From an uncultured Candidatus Rokubacteria bacterium (GTDB lineage Bacteria; Methylomirabilota; Methylomirabilia; Rokubacteriales; CSP1-6), in the NCBI GenBank assembly GCA_963789955.1, contig CAWBMV010000001.1, forward strand, positions 224,001 to 288,000: 64,000 nt of DNA. The letters are read 5' to 3'. The notes beneath the pieces were generated by a model, which was not told the origin of the DNA, did no database searches, and saw nothing but the letters and a program-made list of their open reading frames with translations. A program made the translations under genes and the position numbers. Within the stretch, counting starts at the first letter, position 1. Every line of letters begins with the position of its first letter. Positions 61,409 through 64,000 of the stretch are shown in pieces.

Positions 61409-62568
61409 TCACGTTGACGCTGTTCGGCCCGTCTCGGCGATCTTGTAGACGCGCCGCACGTTGTCCCAGAGCATCTTCGACTGGATCGCGGGCGCGATGC
61501 CGCGGAACTGCTCCTCGATCGCCTTCTGCGAGAAGGGCCAGGTGCCGTCGCGGTGGGGATAGTCCGAGCCCCACATGACGTTGTCGGGCGCGATCTCCGC
61601 CATCGCGCGCACGCCGTGGAAGTCCTTCTGGAACGTCGCGTACATCTGGCGCTTGAAGTAGGCGCTCGGCGGCAGCGTGAGTCCGAGATCGTCGGCCAGG
61701 CGCTCCTCGTACGTGTCGTCGAGGCGCTCGAGCATGTACGGCAGCCAGCCGATCCCGCTTTCGCCGAGCACCAGGGTGAGCTTCGGATGGCGCTCGCAGA
61801 CGCCGGACAGGATCACCGAGGCGCAGATCTCGTCCATCTGAAGCGGCGCGACCACGGTCCAGGAGCCGGCGGACGCCGGGCTCTGGATGCCCTGGACGGC
61901 GTAGCCGACGGTCGCGGCGCCGCCCTCGAAGACGTGAAACGAGATCGACGAGATCGGTCTCCTCCGCGGCCGTCCACAGAGGCTCCCATTCCTGATGCCA
62001 CACCGGGAGCTTCGAGCCCCACGGAACGAAGACGGCGCCACGCAGCCCGAGCTCGGCGCAGTGACGCACCTCGTCGGCCGCCGCGCTCGCGTCGTGATTC
62101 GGCAGACAGCCGAGGCCGAAGAAGCGTCCGGGCTGGGATCGATTGAAGTCGGCGATGTAGTCGTTGTACGCACGGTACACCGCGGCCAAGGTCTCGTGAT
62201 CGGCGATGCCGCTGTGCGTGAACAACCCGCGCGAGATCCCGATGATGCCGTAGATGATCTCGGCCTCGACGCCGTCGCGCTCCTGATCCTGGCGCCGCTC
62301 GGCGGGATTCGAGGGCCGCGTCTGCGTGCCGGAGGCGAAGCCGGCGTCGGCCAGGATGCGGCCGCGCCGTCCACCGGTCACGCCCGGGACCGTACACGCC
62401 CCACGGCCCGAGCACGGCGTCGCCGGACACCCACACCTTGCGTCCATCGCGCTCGACCACCTTCGGCGCGCGGTCGCGCCACGTCGACGCCATGCGCGAG
62501 GTGAAGGTATCGGGCGGGAGGTAGATGAGATCCATGTGGCTGTCGGCCGACATCGCTCTGAGAGACAT
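61409..62568 (-). CDS. Amidohydrolase_2 family protein (several frameshifts)
   Basis: SADSHM, DGVEAE, YNDYIA, ESGIGWLP, MWGSDYPH.DGTWP, spread over three frames. Confidence 0.85.
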
Positions 62569-62776
62569 GGGCGACTCCTCTGTTTCGAGCGGACGCGAGT
62601 GAGGGCGAGCGTAGTCCCAGTCTTGCGCGAACGCAAGAATCCGGAATCTCCCGTGGCACGGTCAGACTGACCAGAAGCGGACAGTCTGGCTCGCACGTGA
62701 CCAGCGCGCATTCGTGGCCGGTGGTCCAAATCTACAAAAACCTTTGGGTCTGTTTTTTCGGAAATCCGGAATCGCG

Positions 62777-62792
62777 TGGCATTTCGCTTGCT
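62777..62792 (+). promoter_or_regulatory. Sigma54-type promoter
   Basis: TGGCATTTCGCTTGCT, near consensus; AT-rich tract upstream. Confidence 0.65.
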
Positions 62793-62862
62793 CTATCAGC
62801 ACTTCGCCGCGCGCACCGAAGCCGACCGAGACGTGAAACGTGGCGACGGCGGGGGAGATCGA

Positions 62863-63911
62863 ATGAGCCTCGTGAAGCGAGTCATCGCAGCCTTGCTGCT
62901 CACCGGCGCCGCGGCGCTGCTGCTGGCGTCCTCCACTCTCGCGCAAGAGCGGGTCGGAGTGGTGACGAACATCGAAGGGTTCGCGACGGTGGCGCGCGTG
63001 GCGCTGCCGGAACCCAAGCCGCTTCATTTCAAGGACGACCTCTTTCTCCGTGATCGCATCACGACCGGCGAGCGCTCGATCGTGCGCGTGCTGCTGGGCG
63101 GCAAAGCCACCGTCACCGCCCGCGAGCGCTCCGTGCTGACGATCACCGAGGTGCCGGGTGTCGCCACCATCAACCTCGGCGCCGGGCGCATCGCGGTCGC
63201 GGTCGCCAAGGGCCTGATGAAGCCGGGCGAGGTCATCGAGATCAAGACGCCGAACGCCGTCACGGCGATTCGCGGCACCGTCGTCATCGCCGAGGTCGAG
63301 CCGGCGCCCGAGGGCAACCAGTCGACGATCACGATCCTGCGCGGCCTGGTCGACGTGACGAAGCTCGATCCGGCCGGCACGCTCACCGGCCCCGCCGTGA
63401 AGGTCGGAGCTCTCGAGCGGGTGACAGTGGTCGACGCCCAGCCCGTGCCCGCGCCGCAGAAGATCACGCGGGATGCCGCGGCCCGGCTTGCCGCCGACTT
63501 CAGCTTGCGTGCCGAAGAATGCCCCCGCCGCCAGCGCCGAGGCGCTCTGCGCCGAGGTGAAGGACATCACGATGCGGGACGCGATGCAGATCATCGGCGC
63601 GGTGATTCCGACCCCGCCGACGGCGACGGCATGACCGGCCCGAGCAGCGCTCAACGCCGTGAGCCGGCGGCACGACGGGCGCGCTCGGTGCCGTGACCGG
63701 CGGCGTAACGGGCACCCTCGACGGCGTGACGGGTGCCGCGACCGGTGCGGTGACGGGTCTGACGAGCCCGGTGACTCAGACCGTCGCGCCGGTGGTCAAC
63801 CCGGTGACGAGCCCCGTGACGAATCTGGTGACGACGGTCACGAACACCGTGAACAACGTGACGAACCCGGCCACGAACCCCATCCTACCGGGTCTCTTGC
63901 GCAGGCCGTAG
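62863..63911 (+). CDS. Exported FecR-domain protein with a Thr/Val/Pro/Gly-rich tail (frameshifted 3' part)
   Basis: Signal peptide; D.ITTG, IKTPNA..AIRGT; low-complexity tail VT-x-x-VT ends at 63911. Confidence 0.7.
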
Positions 63912-63959
63912 CGGACGAGGATCGTCGTCGTCGTAGGACGCAGCTGAAGGGAAGTAGCG

Positions 63960-63992
63960 CTTCCCGTCGCCGGCTCATCCGGCGACGGGAAG
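63960..63992 (+). terminator. Perfect 14-bp inverted repeat (putative terminator)
   Basis: CTTCCCGTCGCCGG-ctcat-CCGGCGACGGGAAG; no U-tract. Confidence 0.55.
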
Positions 63993-64000
63993 ATCCTGCC

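Noticed and set aside
60519..62729. 736-aa amidohydrolase-methyltransferase ORF
   Set aside because: A patchwork of frameshifted amidohydrolase and a separate methyltransferase.

Overview
High-GC bacterial chromosomal window. Gene content and style resemble Candidatus Rokubacteria/Methylomirabilota; this is inference only. About 15 single-base frameshifts, some in housekeeping genes such as glnD, suggest an imperfectly polished long-read assembly. Content in order: a maltokinase and trehalose-type sugar ABC transporter; the tmk-holB-ricT-metG-...-tatD operon; an accessory stretch at about 14.4-20.3 kb; hisC and glnD; a CDP-alcohol phosphatidyltransferase fused to a TPR lytic transglycosylase; LarA-like, LLM, thiolase and HMGS-DUF35 genes; tesA-ybbAP; a 4xGAF hybrid kinase; an adenylate cyclase/AAA protein; a second sugar ABC operon; and a FecR-domain gene. 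Two main signals stand out. (1) A B12-binding-like radical SAM gene has an apparent stop (TGA, 48858-48860) that reads as selenocysteine in a C-U-A-E-P tail, with a SECIS-like hairpin behind it. It lies in an operon with NifU and an ATP-grasp ligase, opposite a CDGSH Fe-S protein, and is a candidate metalloid or small-molecule biosynthetic system. (2) A 1.67-kb integrase-less element (14390-16058) is bounded by 12-bp direct repeats that are a TATAAT promoter box, with tyrosine-recombinase-like arm repeats and an IHF-like site inside. No tRNA, rRNA or CRISPR array was recognised.
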